Assembly: GCF_032191835.1 (NCBI RefSeq)
Contig: NC_083231.1
Span: 101,990,001 to 102,054,000, forward strand
Direction of reading: 5' to 3'
Source: Heteronotia binoei
Lineage: Eukaryota
Length of the DNA: 64,000 bases
In this document: piece after piece, positions 34,041 through 46,817 of the stretch
How positions within the stretch are numbered: the stretch's first letter is position 1
Layout of the letters: each line of letters opens with the position of its first letter
Notes under the pieces: generated by a model
What the model saw: the letters and a program-made list of their open reading frames with translations, nothing else
Databases searched by the model: none
Told to the model about the DNA's origin: nothing
Translations under genes and position numbers: made by a program

Positions 34041-36297
34041 GTAAGCAAAGTGCCTCTGACAGCTAACCTCCCCCAATTAAAAAAATAAAAATATAGAGAC
34101 TGATATTTTAACAGCATGCTCCTAAGCAGAGTTACAGCCTTTTATGTCAATTGAAGTCAGTGGGCTCAGAAGGATATAATCCTTTTTTTGGGATTGCACT
34201 GTCAAGTCACTGCATTTTCAAGGGTCTTTACTTCTATACTCCTTGTTAGAACTGTCCTAGAATTGTCCTATACTATTATATTAATGATGGGTATTCTCTT
34301 CATCTAGATTCTCTTATTCAATTTATAAATGATAGGGTTTTTTTTTTTTTAAAAATAGCTAGGTGAATAAAAAATTATTCTAATAAAATCACAGCATTTC
34401 CTTTGTGATTGAGGGTGGACTGCCTTTGAGGATTTGATCACCAGCAGGTAACTTTCCCTGAATACAGCCACAAAACAGATCTCTTTGAACACTTTTCCAG
34501 TAGATGAAGGACTATCTCAAGCTGTGAAGAGTTCCAGTGAAGCCACTGATACCCCTTGGTGGATTCTATTGTACCCATCCTTTTCAAAGGCATCTCTTTA
34601 CCCTAATGTGGCCAATGTGTTATTTTCAACATACAGTTTAGAACCTCTCTTGTGATTCCATTGTAAAACTAAAATAACCAGGGGGTTGCAGCATCTGCTG
34701 TATGAGACAAATATTAAAGAGGTTATGATGTTCTATTTTGGAAATGGACAATTAAGACTAGACCTGATGGAAGTTAAACAAATAAAAGCATGAAAAGAGA
34801 GATTGAAATATCTGTGTCTGAGTTTCATAATGCTGGGTTGGAGAGGGAATGTGGCACGGTAATAGACAGTCTGCTTTGTTAGGCAAACAAACCCAGGTTC
34901 ATTCCCAAGTATATCCTGTTGAATGTGTTGGAAAAGATTCCATTGTAACCAAGACTAATGTGGAGACTTGCTGTCCATGTAATCTGTTGTCAGAGTTAAA
35001 GAAAGGAGTTGAGATCAGATCCTCTCAGCCTAATTTACCTCACAGGATTACTTGTGAGGATGAACTGGAAGAGGAGAGAGCCATGTATACTGCTGTCAGC
35101 TCCTTTGAGGAAGGGTGAGATAAAAATTAGACAGTCACAGTACTGAGCTAGATGGCTTGTCTTGTGTTGTGTTTATGTGTCCCATTGAGGAGTTATACAG
35201 TGAAATTGATGGACAGTAAGTTCAAGGTTGATGAAATGAAAGCACTGCTTCACACAGTGTATGTGTATTGATGTGATTTGTTCCCACCATCACCCTTTTC
35301 AGCTGTCACAGTTTACCACATGTATGAGGAGAACACGCTACATGCTGTTTTGTGTGAACTGGGTTGTTCTTTTCAGACAAAATGGTGGTCATGTCTATCA
35401 GAAGGATCACATTTAGTAGGTTCACCCCATATATGTGGTAAAAAAATTATGACTGAAAAAGGCTAGTGGCTTCTAGCTGCTTAAGTAGGCTTTAGCAAAA
35501 GGTTAGACACATTAATAGAAGGTAGATTATTAATTTGGGGTATGGAAATTTACTCTGAATTATTGGATGTCAGAGGGAAGCAACAGGGAACCATCTTGTT
35601 CTGCTTGTAAGTTCTTTGGCAACACAAATTTAAATGATAAAACTATAATATTTTAAGAAATAATAGAAATCTACAATGTTACTGTTGTTCAACACAGTTG
35701 CTGTGTTTGTTATTAGTTTCTGTACTGTGTTTTGCCTGTATAATTTGTAATTGGGATACCTCTGGAGGCAATTTGTGGGATAATCTGGACTCTTGATTTA
35801 AACTAGCATGGGCTGTTCATATTTGAGTTTGAAGTATCTATCCAAAAGGAGGCAGAGTACTGCTATAGCTCCTTGTGATGCTGAGGGATTAGTGAGAAGT
35901 TGCTGTGATATGATAGATGTTACTGGTGGGACAATTTGTTGCTCCATTGTGGTTTGGAGAGTGCATGTTTTCCTACTTCAAGTTACCACTTGCATTTCTG
36001 TGGCCAGTAGTCTTGAACTTCATAGTTGGGGTGATTGAACAGAATCTTGTTGAATATAATGCCTTTTTCTTTGTCCCTTGCTTCACTGTTTACTCTTTAT
36101 TTTCAAAAAGCGCAGTTTACATGTATATGTTTCTCTTTCCATGGCATTGTGATCCTAGTCATTTGCCAAAGGAATTATGAGAAGCTGCCATAATGTAAAA
36201 TAAATAAAAATATTAAAAGGTCAAAAGATACCTACTTACTTGAAACAGGCATGACTTGGCTGAACTTTATGACAGTATAGATAAATAACTATATGTG

Positions 36298-36500
36298 TAA
36301 GGTTGCCAACTCAGGGTTGGGAAATAACTGGATATTTTGGGGGTGGAGCCTGAGGAGGGCAGAGTTTTGGGAGGGGAAGGACTTAAATGGGATATGATGC
36401 CATTGAGTTCACTTTCCAAAGTGGCCGTTTTCTCAATCACTTTAAGATCAGTTGTAATAGTAGAAGATCTCCAGCTGCCACCTGGAGGTTGGCAACCCTA
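36298..36500. mobile_element. TAGGGTTGCC-family MITE with diagnostic internal deletion, followed by a GTTGGATCCAG-TIR MITE (36518-36658)
   Basis: TIRs present; deletion and flanks shared with 50410-50610. Confidence 0.8.
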
Positions 36501-38158
36501 TGTATAAGAATGAGGTGGTTGGATCCAGTGCTGCATTTCTACAGGCACAAGAACTTCTGCTGTTACAGCACAACTTTTGCAGAAGGGTGGTAGCCATGAA
36601 AGTCATGATATGTGAGCAGAGGTTCTTGCACCTATGGAAATGCTACTCTGGATCTAACTCAGGGGCTTAAAGCATCATGGGAAATGCTTCCACCATGTCT
36701 TCCTAAAGACATTGATCTCCTCATAACAATTAAGCTTCTTATCTGATTTAACATATTGTAAGAAAAGTGGATCATTCCTTGTACATGTACATAGTAATCT
36801 ACAGTGGAGCCTTGATTTAAACGATTCCTCCATCATCATTCTTCATAGTGTAAAAGGAGAAAACTGAGCTGCAAAGTTATTGTCTCTAATCTTGACAAAC
36901 TCAAGAACTTGATGGGTAGCCATAGGCAAGCTGTTATCTTTTAACTTTTGCTCCACCATCTGCAATATATTCAGGTTAACTGTACTGACCTACCATCCTG
37001 GGCTCTTGTAGGGGAATGACACAAGAAAATGCATGGGAAATGTTTTGAATACAAGGCTATCTACATTTCTACAAGGCTATCTACATTTCTAGGAAGAGTT
37101 TACTTTGGGTGCCCCAAGAGAAATGCATATTCTATTTGCCTTGAGTGGCTTAAATCCATATTTCTTTTAAAACTGGGTTTGTGTAAAAACACAAGGGTCG
37201 CAACCGTTTCAGTCCTTCAAAACAGGCTGGAAGGTTGCAAGAGATCAAGCGGAGGCCTTTTGTGTTTGACAGCTATTGAATGTAATAGCAACCTATGAAT
37301 CTGCAGATCAGACGGTTGAAGAAGGGGTGGGGTAGCTCACATTATATAAATAGCTGGGAAAGGTTCCGAACAAGATGAGGCTGAGAAAGGCCTTTCATTA
37401 AATATACATATATTTTTAAAATCTTCTGGACACATGTATTCTGTCTGTTCCAGAAAAATAAATAGTGTTGATGCATTAGAACTTTTTGGAGCCTCAGAAT
37501 GCCTATATGAACCTTGATGGGCTGTGACGATGTTAGTACAAAAAAACACAGCTGTGATGACCCAGATGCCTTTGGCAGATTGACTGCTCTGAGCCCATTT
37601 CCATGTCATCTGGCAGAGTTTCAGCTTTTATAATGAAACCATAAGCTTGTCTGCAATTCATCAGGGCGTCACACATAGCTGTAGAAGTTGTACTGTCCAG
37701 ATAAGGTACATTTATAGCAAATTAGCACACACAATGCTCTGAGAGAAGGAACAGTACTTGGTGCTCTATCAGAGAGACAATGACTCTCACCCTCAGCCAT
37801 GCTTCAAATGCACTTAAAGCTTCAGGGGATCAGAACAGAGGGACAAAAAAACAGGCCTCCAATGGACGCTAGGATATTTCATTATGAATGTTTTTGTGTC
37901 TGTAGTGAGAAGAAGCAGCTATTCTGAAAATGGGCTGTGACTCACTAATAGAGCATGCAGCAATTCCCAGCATTTCCAGAGTAAAGGATCAGGTCATAGG
38001 TGATGCGGATAGGATTGCCAATCTGCAGGTGGCGCTACTGAACTGAAAAATCCAACATTCATTTTGTGCATGCTGAAGTTGTAGTATTGTGCATGGAAAA
38101 TGTACATATTACATGTGGCAACCACATCATGCATGTTCCTGTTATGTGTAGTTGGTAG

Positions 38159-38643
38159 CAGTATTCCCTCTAAGCTGAGGTAGTGTGAGATAGCTCACAG
38201 TTTTTTATTCTCCGGCTCACACATTTTTGTCTTACCTCAGGGAAGAAGAAGAACTGCAGATTTATACCCCACCCTTCTCTCTGAATCAGAGACTGAGAGC
38301 GGCTTACAATCTCCTATATCTCCTCCCCCACAACAGACACCCTGTGAGGTGGGTGGGGCTGAGAGGGCTCTCACAGCAGCTGCCCTTTCAGGGACAACCT
38401 CTGCCAGAGCTATGGCTAACCCAAGGCCATTTCAGCAGGTGCAAATGGAGGAGTGGGGAGTCAAACCCGGTTCTCCCAGATAAGAGTCCACACACTTAAC
38501 AGCTACACCAGACTGGCTCTCATATCATCTGGAAAAATGACCTCAGAGCAAACTAATTTATGTAGTAGTTCACAACTTTAATGCCAGTAACTCACAAAGT
38601 AGAATTTTTGCTCCCAAGACTCTATTTCTTAGAGGAAGTGTTG
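38159..38643. mobile_element. hAT MITE (CAGTGTTCCCTCTAAG TIR) containing a Squam3-like SINE (38242-38521, minus)
   Basis: TSD gttggtag / gttggtaa; same family as 48537-48722. Confidence 0.8.
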
Positions 38644-38763
38644 GTTGGTAACCACAACTGTAACTTCTGAAAGGGACAGATCTTTGGCAAACTTCCTTTT
38701 GTAGTCCCTCCTCCTGTTTGTTTCAGCCTCCTTTTCCAAGGCCTCTCTTTTATGTCTCCTTTC

Positions 38764-38981
38764 TAGGGTTCTATTCTCCAGGTGGGGCCTGGAGATCTTC
38801 TGCTTTTACAACTGATCTCCAATTGGCAGAGATCAGCTCCCCTGGAGAAAATGGCAGCTTTGAAGGGTGGACTCTATGGCATTGCACCATGCTGAGGCCC
38901 CTCTGCTCCCCAAACCCTGCCCTCTCCCAGATCCGGTCCCAAACTCTCCACGTATTTTCTAACACAGACCTGGCAACCCTA
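38764..38981. mobile_element. TAGGGTTGCC-family hAT MITE
   Basis: TSD ctcctttc / ttcctttc. Confidence 0.85.
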
Positions 38982-39417
38982 TTCCTTTCTTCACCCTCTC
39001 TAGGGTCTGAGCATTACATCCAGTGGAACCCAGCAATATTTTGTACAGGCCTGAACAATTTTTAACATATCAAGGTGAATTTGGCCCACTGATCATGTAT
39101 GGCAGCCAACAAGTGGTTTATAATCCTCCTTTACAGCAAAAAATCAGGGCTAGGTGGGGAATGAAACATTGCACTGCAAAAACAGGAGATCTGTCAAGTT
39201 TCAGGCAGGCCATGATGGGTTGTGTTTGTTTTGATGTTCATAAGTTGTGCAGAATCAGAGCAGCTAAGCCAGTGGTTCCTAGAGTTCCCTCTGTTTGCCT
39301 TGTATTTCCATACAGTTTAGCCAAGAACTAACAGAATCTTCAGCATCACCACAAAATCCTTTTGGGTGTAGCAATGTAAATGCATGTGACAGAATATTTC
39401 AGAGAGGAGGCATACCT

Positions 39418-39687
39418 GAGAGCCAGTTTGGTGTAGTGGTTAAGTGCACAGACTCTTATCTGGGAGAACTGGGTTTGATTCCACACTCCTCCACTTGCAG
39501 CTTCTGGAATGGCTTTGGGTCAGCCATAGCTCTTGCAGAGTTGTCCTTGAAAGGGTTGCTTCTGTGAGAGCTCTCTCAGCCCCGTCCACCTCACAGGATG
39601 TCTGTTGTGGGGAGGAAGGTAAAAGGAGATTGTAAACCACTCTGAGATTCAGAGTGAAGGGCAAGGTATAAATCCAATATCATCTTC
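39418..39687 (+). mobile_element. Squam3-like SINE (full length)
   Basis: gagagccagtttggtgtagtggttaag..gggtttgattcc..gaagggcaaggtataaatcc. Confidence 0.85.
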
Positions 39688-40744
39688 ATATTAATTTGCT
39701 ACAGCTCTTGTGAGCCAGTGTGGTGTAAAGGTTAGAGTGTTGGGATAAGATTGGGGAGACCCAGCTTTGAATATTTCCTCTACCATGGAAGTTTCCTGGG
39801 TGCCTTGGGCCAGTTACTTTCTCTCAGCCTAACCTCCCTAACAAAGTTGATGAAGCAAGCAATGCTGTGACCTGCTTTGGGTCTGTTCTGGGAAGAAAAG
39901 GTGAGATAAAATTATTGAAATTATTGAAATAAAACTTTGAAGACAAACAGGTTTATTGAGGTTATAAACTTTGGTGTCCTAGACTGTGCTTCATCAGATG
40001 CAGGAAGCGCCATTGTAAATTGGTTTATGGAAAAAATTGAACTGTGGAATGGTGTGAAACGCAAGAGTACGCTTGGTGCAGCTCAGCTATGTATGAGATG
40101 AGCGCATTGACCTTTTCACAGTAGTAGTAACCAGATGATAACACAGTTTGCCTAGGTTTGTAATGTTAAATTAACACCGGTACTAAGGAGAAGGTCCTGG
40201 TTTCGATAAGGCCATATTTTTCTCTCTCTCCTACTACAAGTGTTAAATTAACTGGGCAATGCTAGGAAAATTGGGTTACCAGCAGTACTGTTGTTGTGAC
40301 TGGTCACTGTACTGATACACTTGAGCATGGTGGAGAAATGTCACAGGCTGTATTGCTTCATGGCCCTTGGCCCCATTGTTGGGAGTTGTTGCTCTTGTGT
40401 GTAATCTACCAGCTCAGAATAATGCTTCTGGCCTCTGCAGTCCATGTATGCTGTTACCTTTAAAGTGCCACAACTTAATACTGTCTGCGTCCACTTTATC
40501 TCATTGTGTCTTGATGCACTCCTGGCTAAGTTTCTGTGGCATGGAATTGCAAGGCTAATGTGTGGTTCATGTCCATTGGGAATGGTCCTGGTGAACCTTG
40601 GGGCATCATTTCTGACATGGAAAGCTGAGGCATAAACCCTTGTTTTGAGATTGATGAGCTCAAGGTTCACCTCAAAACAGTCTCAGCCCTGTTTTCCATG
40701 CACTGTCAGGAACTGGCGCTGTAGCCTATGAAGTAAGAGCAATT

Positions 40745-41350
40745 CTGCCCGAGTGTGTTGGAATTTGGAAGCTAAGCAGTCAGTACTTGGATGGGAGAGA
40801 GGGTTGCCAGCTCTGGGTAGAGAAAGACCTGGAGATTTTGGGAGTGGAGCCTGGGGAGGGTGGAGTTTAGGGAGGGACCTCAGTGATGTATAATGCCATG
40901 GAGTCCACTTTCCAGTTCAGCCATTTTCTCCACAGGATCTGATCTTGGTTGTCTGGAGATCAACTGTAATAGTGGGAGATCTTCAAGTGCCACTTGGAGG
41001 TTGGCAACTCTAATGGGAGTAGGGTTGCCAGGTCTGTGTTGGAAAATACCTGGAGACTTTGGAGGTGGAGCTGGGAGAGCGCAGGGTTTGAGGAGAGGAG
41101 GGGCCTTAGCATGGTACGCTCCCATAGAGTTCACCCTTCATAGCTGCCATTTTCTCCAGGGAAGCTGACCTCTGCTAGTTGGGGATCAGTTGTAAAAGTG
41201 GGAGATCTCCAGGTCCCACCTGGAGGCTGGCAACCATAAGAGGCCATGAAGGAAGATAGGGGTGTTGCTAAGCAGAGGAAGGCAATGACAAACTACCTCT
41301 GCTTATCTCGTGCCGTAGATGGGGTCACCATGAGTTGGTTATGTCTTGAT
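40745..41350 (+). mobile_element. 5S-derived SINE split by two tandem TAGGGTTGCC MITEs (about 40800-41010 and 41020-41238)
   Basis: ggaagctaagcag..gtacttggatgggag before the MITEs; ggcaatgacaaactacctctg after. Confidence 0.7.
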
Positions 41351-41617
41351 AGCGTGTTATTTCTACAGCTTCTCAGTCTTAGATATAGAAACTACTATCA
41401 TTGCAAGGTTCTAGAGTGTGTGAAGTGATGACGGACACAAATATCTCTGAACATGTGCAGGAAGCCGTTCTTCCATTACGGGAAGAGATTCTTAAAAGTA
41501 CACAATTCGCTTTTGCTGATACTAACCAGTTCTATTAGGAAGCCTCAGTAGGTTGGGCTCTCCTACTAATAGTATGGGCAAGTCACTATTTTCATTCTTC
41601 CTTTAACGTGTATATTT

Positions 41618-41829
41618 GGGGAGGGATGGTGGCTCAGTGGTAGAGCATCTGCTTGGTAAGCAGAAGGTCCCAGGTTCAATCCCTGGCATCTCCAAAAAGG
41701 GTCCAGGCAAGTAGGCGTGGAAATCCTCAGCTTGAGACCCTGGAGAGCCGCTGCCAGTCTGAGAAGACAATACTGACTTTGATGGACCAAGGGTCTGATT
41801 CAGTATAAGGCAGCTTCATATGTTCATAT
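41618..41829 (+). mobile_element. tRNA-Ala-derived SINE with CR1-like tail
   Basis: A box tggctcagtgg, anticodon-like stem tctgc/gcaga, B box ggttcaatcc, ggcatctCCA end as in tRNA-Ala; tail gatggacc..cagtataaggcagcttcatatgttc. Confidence 0.85.
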
Positions 41830-43395
41830 TGAGCAGTTTCCCTGGAGTAATCCACTGATAGATGAATACCCTCAATAGGGACTCTAAGTTTTATCCAGGA
41901 ATCCCATAAACTGTGATTAAGAATGAGGTTATGTAAAATTGTTTATACTCTGACCTAGGGGCTTTCTTCAAATATGAGTGGAAACATGGTCGTGACAAAT
42001 GGCCCATTCAATTGACACGCAGTATGAACTTTCTGGATTGGCCAGAACAGGTTTTAAATAGAATTTTAAATTGCTTACTTTAAAAAAAAGACATTCCATG
42101 TGGCTGATTTTTTTTTTGGTGGTAATCACAAACTGATATTTTTTTCAGCATGTTGTCAGTACTCTGAAATGGATTCCTCCTCAGCTAGTGGTGTCCAAGT
42201 TTTGCTACCACATTTGTACTTAATTTTATATCTGAACTACTGAGTGGGACATGTAAATAATTCATTTGCTAATCCTTCATTTTGCTCTTCAGGCTGGCAT
42301 TTATCCCTGCAAATCAGGGAATTATCTGCATATATAAAAGCCTGCTTAGGTTTTGCAAATGTCCCTTTACAAAATGCTGCTTTCTACCCCTCCTCCCATT
42401 TTCTTTTTTCTTTTTTGTCTATGGGAAATCTAGTGGTGGTGTGGAATCAGAAAGTGAGAACAATGGACCTGGCTATAACTGCAATAGTACAAAACAGAAC
42501 TAATGAAAATGTAAATCATTGACACACACCCTCTCTTCCCCAATAAAACTTTGTGGTGCTGCGTGCCAATTGAATGACTAATTTTTTCTCCTGCCCTAGG
42601 CCAATAAAGATAGATCTATCTCCCCCCACCCCATAGAAAATGGTCAAATCCATGTCAGCTGGGCTAGGTATGTAATGTTTGCATGTTCTGTTCCCATGTT
42701 AACTTGAGTGCATTTATTACCATGCAAGCCATTTATAACGGATTAATTTGGGTTGCCATAATATGACCTTTAGAAATCTTGTTCATTAAAAAAAAATAAA
42801 ACCCTCTCGTGCCAATTACTCTTTAGATTTCATGTACAAGCTCTTTATGAACAGCAAATGTAGGCAGGGACAGAGAGAGGCTGAATACTGACAAAAAATT
42901 CTGTCCATATTCATTGCTGAGATCAGAGTGCAAATAGATTAATACAAGAGCTCCTGAAAAACATGCACTCGATTTTTCGTCAGTGCTTGAAGGCTCAGTT
43001 CATAATTGGGTGTCCTCCAGGAGAGCGTGGAGAGCTGTTATAGATCTGTAGTCTGACTGGGATTGAAGGGAGATTACACTTCTTTGAAGAGTAACCTCCA
43101 TGTTGGGGATTGTATACACCACTTCTGACGTTTTTATGATGATAGTGGACTCAGAAGAGAGCTACTGTAGTTGTGTGAGTTGAAGTTGCCTTGTGGACAG
43201 CTCCCACGAATGTACTGTGAAAAGGCATGGCTTAGTGATATGCTTTGCATGGAGAAGGTCCCAGATGGCATATCCAGCTGCAGTATATACATTGCAAGTT
43301 GAGAAAGGCTTTTCTTTGCTTTAAGTCCTAGAGAGCCACAGCAAACCAAGAATAGGTAGCACTAGACCAATGTCCTGGCTCAGTAAAGTCTGTAC

Positions 43396-43833
43396 AGTCA
43401 AAGCAATGGTATTCGCAGTAGTAATGTATGGCTGTGAGAGTCGGGCCATAAGGAAAGCCGAACACTGAAGAATAGATGCTTTTGAACTGTGGTGCTGGAG
43501 AAGACTCTTGAGAGTCCCTTGGACAGCAATGAGATCAAATCAGTCAATCCTAAAGGAAATCCACAGAAGGTCAGATACTGAAACTGATGCTCAAATACTT
43601 TGGCCACCAAATGAGAAGAGAGCAATCATTGAAGAAGACCCTGATGCTGGGAAAGATTGAAGGTAAAAGAAGAAGGGGACAGCAAAGTATGAGAAGGTTA
43701 AACAATGTTATTGATGCAACGAACATGAATTTGAGCAAATTTAGGAGGATAGTGGAAGATAGAAGGGCCTGGTATGATGAGGTCCCTGGGGTTGCAAAGA
43801 GTCAGATTTGACTGTGCAACTGAAGAACAACAA
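43396..43833 (+). mobile_element. BovB (RTE) LINE 3' fragment
   Basis: gtcaaagcaatggt..gaagaatagatgcttttgaactgtggtgctggagaagactcttgagagtcccttggac; LKYFGHQMRR..LKKTLMLGKIEGKRRRG; actgaagaacaacaa tail. Confidence 0.92.
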
Positions 43834-44877
43834 TTTACAGGAATTTCTGACCATAGAGTTCATGATTCCTAGAGCTATTCTTTATCACTTCCGGGTAGCT
43901 CTAGGATTTGCCAGCAACTCTGTGTTCAGAACTTCCTGTAAATAGACAAGGCCTTGTGTGTGTGTGTGTTTAATTCTCCCCAGGATAATCATATCTACTG
44001 ACCAGATTAGCACCAGTGGGTAAGAACTGCAATTACCTGGAGTCTCCCACCATAAGTGTCCTAATGGGAAACCCAAGGTATAAAGGCATTTTATATTAAG
44101 TTCCTGCGAATCTGGGTTAGGCCACAACCCCTGTGTGTTCCTGGAGGCAATCACATCACTAGATGCATGGGCTAAACGGAAACTGTTTTACTTTTAGTGT
44201 GCTCTTTGTTTTAGTACATGGTAACAAAGATTCTGAGAGCTGAGCTAGCTTTCAACATGCAACTACCAGTGTGGTTCAGTGATTGGTTTTTCAGAAGCAG
44301 ATCACTGGGGTATGCTACCATGGAAGGATTGCATCCTTCAAATGTTACATCATGCTGAGATACACAAATGCTTCCTGAACCAATGTCTGTCTAAGGAGGC
44401 TTCTGATGCCCTTATGGAAAGCAACGGACATTACATAACGCACACCTTCAGATGTTACTATTATGACATTTTGCTTCTTTGTGTTATGCATAAGCAGTTT
44501 TCCCATCTAGCAGAAATAAATTGATTTTCAGTGGTTATTCTGGATTGTGTTTTCACTCAAGAGCTTCCTCCACTGTTTATGACATTTGCTACTCAAAGAC
44601 TGGGAGAGCCTCAGTGCAGAAAACGCTTCATACAGTGACTTTTATTTATTTTGCTTAGAAAATGTATATGCCACCTCTCCAGAGATGTGCTCAAAGTGAT
44701 TCACAAGTAAAACAAACAACCCCCCCAAAGAAACGATTAAAACAGTACAAAACCATTAAAAATAGCATAATGATTGAATAGTCTTTAACACTATTGATAA
44801 AACAACACTCAGCATAGAAGCAGACCATAAAGCAGCTTTTTTTTTTTAAAAAAAGGATGAAACCTCTTGGTTAAAAG

Positions 44878-45031
44878 CGAGACTTTTTTGTAGCAGGAAC
44901 TCCTTTGCATATTAGGCCACACCCCCTGATGTAGCCAGTCATCTTGGAGTTTACAGTAGACCCTGTATTAAAAGCCCTGTAATCTCTTGGAGGATTGGCT
45001 ACATCAGGGGGTGTGGCCTAATATGCAAAGG
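44878..45031. mobile_element. CAGGGCTTTTT-family MITE, both ends truncated
   Basis: Family core; flanked by direct repeat ggttaaaagc. Confidence 0.8.
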
Positions 45032-45484
45032 TTAAAAGCCTAGGTTAAAAGAAATGTTTTAATGTGGCACATAAAAGAATTTAATGTGGATGCCAGGTGA
45101 GCTTCAAGAGAGAGGTGTCACCTCTGAAAAAACCCTGTCTCTGAATGCCACCTGCCACTCCTCTGCGGGCAAGGGCATTGGGCACAGGGCATGGGAGGAG
45201 GATCATAACTGACTGCCTGAGCAGTATGGCAATTTGCCATGTTGGCAGCTCATCCTTCAGCCACCGCCTATGATGTTGAAAAATATAAAGTATATACGTA
45301 ATATGCAAACACTTCACTTGGAAAATTGCCCAGTGGGCTGCAGATGGGTAGATAAATAAAACATTTGTGTTGCTTCTGTATTTTGTACCTACTTGTAATT
45401 TTGTACTTTGCAGCTTGTTTGTGGTAGGGAGGACATACTGGCAGTACCTGGAATGCTGGTGTCATACATTTTTAACTTCTCTGT

Positions 45485-45696
45485 GGCTGGATCCAGACCG
45501 ACATTTTGAGCCAGCACACAGATGGGATGCGTGTGGACCGGAAAGGTGTGACCAAATGTGTGCGTCTGGCTCCTGCCCCCAACCTTCCTGGGGGTAGGAG
45601 CAAGGCAGGTGGCACATGTGCGCATTTGGTTGCACTTTTTTGGTCCACCTGCATCCTGTCTGTGTGCTGGCTCAAAATTCCAGTCTGGACCCAGCT
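45485..45696. mobile_element. Palindromic Harbinger-like MITE, 3-bp TSD TGT
   Basis: ggctggatccagac..ttttgagccagcacacag / ctgtgtgctggctcaaaa..gtctggacccagct. Confidence 0.7.
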
Positions 45697-45834
45697 TGTA
45701 GGAATCCCGGTCTTCTCTTCCTTCTTACCATGGCATCTTGAGAAATGTTCTCATCAAGGGCCATGAGACAGAATTCCTAAAAAGGTAAACTTTAAACACA
45801 AAGACATTGTGCTTATTTGTGGTTTTGGTTAATA

Positions 45835-46016
45835 CATGGCTTTTTTTGTAGCAGGAACTCCTTTGCATATTAGGCCACACACCCCTGATGTAGCCAATCC
45901 CCCTGGAGCTTACAGTAGGCTGTGTAAGAAGAGCCCTGTAAGCTCTTGGCGGATTTGCTACATCAGGGATGTGTGGCCTAATATGCAAAAGAGTTCCTGC
46001 TACCAAAAAAGCCCTG
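45835..46016. mobile_element. CAGGGCTTTTT-TIR MITE
   Basis: TIRs and family core. Confidence 0.88.
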
Positions 46017-46310
46017 GAAGTATATAATATTTAAACAGGATTTATTCAGCATGTCCTACTAATGTCACAACTGGCATGGGATATATCAGCAAATGAACCT
46101 ACTGGTTTAGCTGTCAGTCTTGCCTCTCCTCAAGTAATTCAGGTTGACTGTCATCATTCCCCCTTAAGTGCTATAAATTTATTCAGTTAAACAGTAATTA
46201 CATTTTTTTCCCTCAGAAAAGTTGCAAAATGGAGCTCAAATGGTAGATGTCACAGATAGTAGCCAATCAAGTATTTTAGAATTCACAGTGAGACAGTATT
46301 GGTGATGGTG

Positions 46311-46817
46311 GAGGAAAGTGCAGTCAACTGGTAGCCTACTGGTAGCCGTAGGGCAGGGATTGCCAAACTGTGGCTCAGGAACCACGTGTGGCTCTGTTGC
46401 ACATATTGTGTGGCTCTTGAAGCCCCCAGCACCCCCTCAAATGGCTTGGATAAGGCATTTGTTTCTTTAAATCACTTGTCCAAGCCGACTGGCAGCTTGA
46501 GAATGCCTTTAAAGTTAAAGCTGCTGTCTTTCCAGCTCTCTGTCCCCATTTATTTTCTTCCCTCCCCTCCCTCTGACATTCAAGTCTTGCGGCTCTCAAA
46601 CCTCTGACATTTATTTTATGTGGCTCTTACATTAAGCAAGTTTGGCCATCCCTGCCTTAGGGTTTTTAAAGCAAGGGACTTTTGGAAGTGGTTTTCCATT
46701 GCCTGCCTCCCTTTTGTGACCTTCTTCTTCCTTGGTTTCCCATCCAAACACAGACCAGGGCTAACCCTGCTTAGCTTCCAAGATTGGATGAGGTTGGACT
46801 AGCTTGGGCTATCCAGT
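46311..46817 (-). mobile_element. 5S-derived SINE with nested hAT MITE (46354-46654)
   Basis: MITE TIRs cagggattgccaaact / agtttggccatccctg; TSD ccgtaggg / ccttaggg. Confidence 0.82.

Noticed and set aside
40341-40670. 109-aa minus-strand ORF in unique DNA
   Set aside because: No recognisable motif or convincing splice boundaries; length is within chance.
41618-41694. tRNA gene
   Set aside because: tRNA-like head with encoded CCA continues into a SINE body and tail; multiple decayed copies are present.
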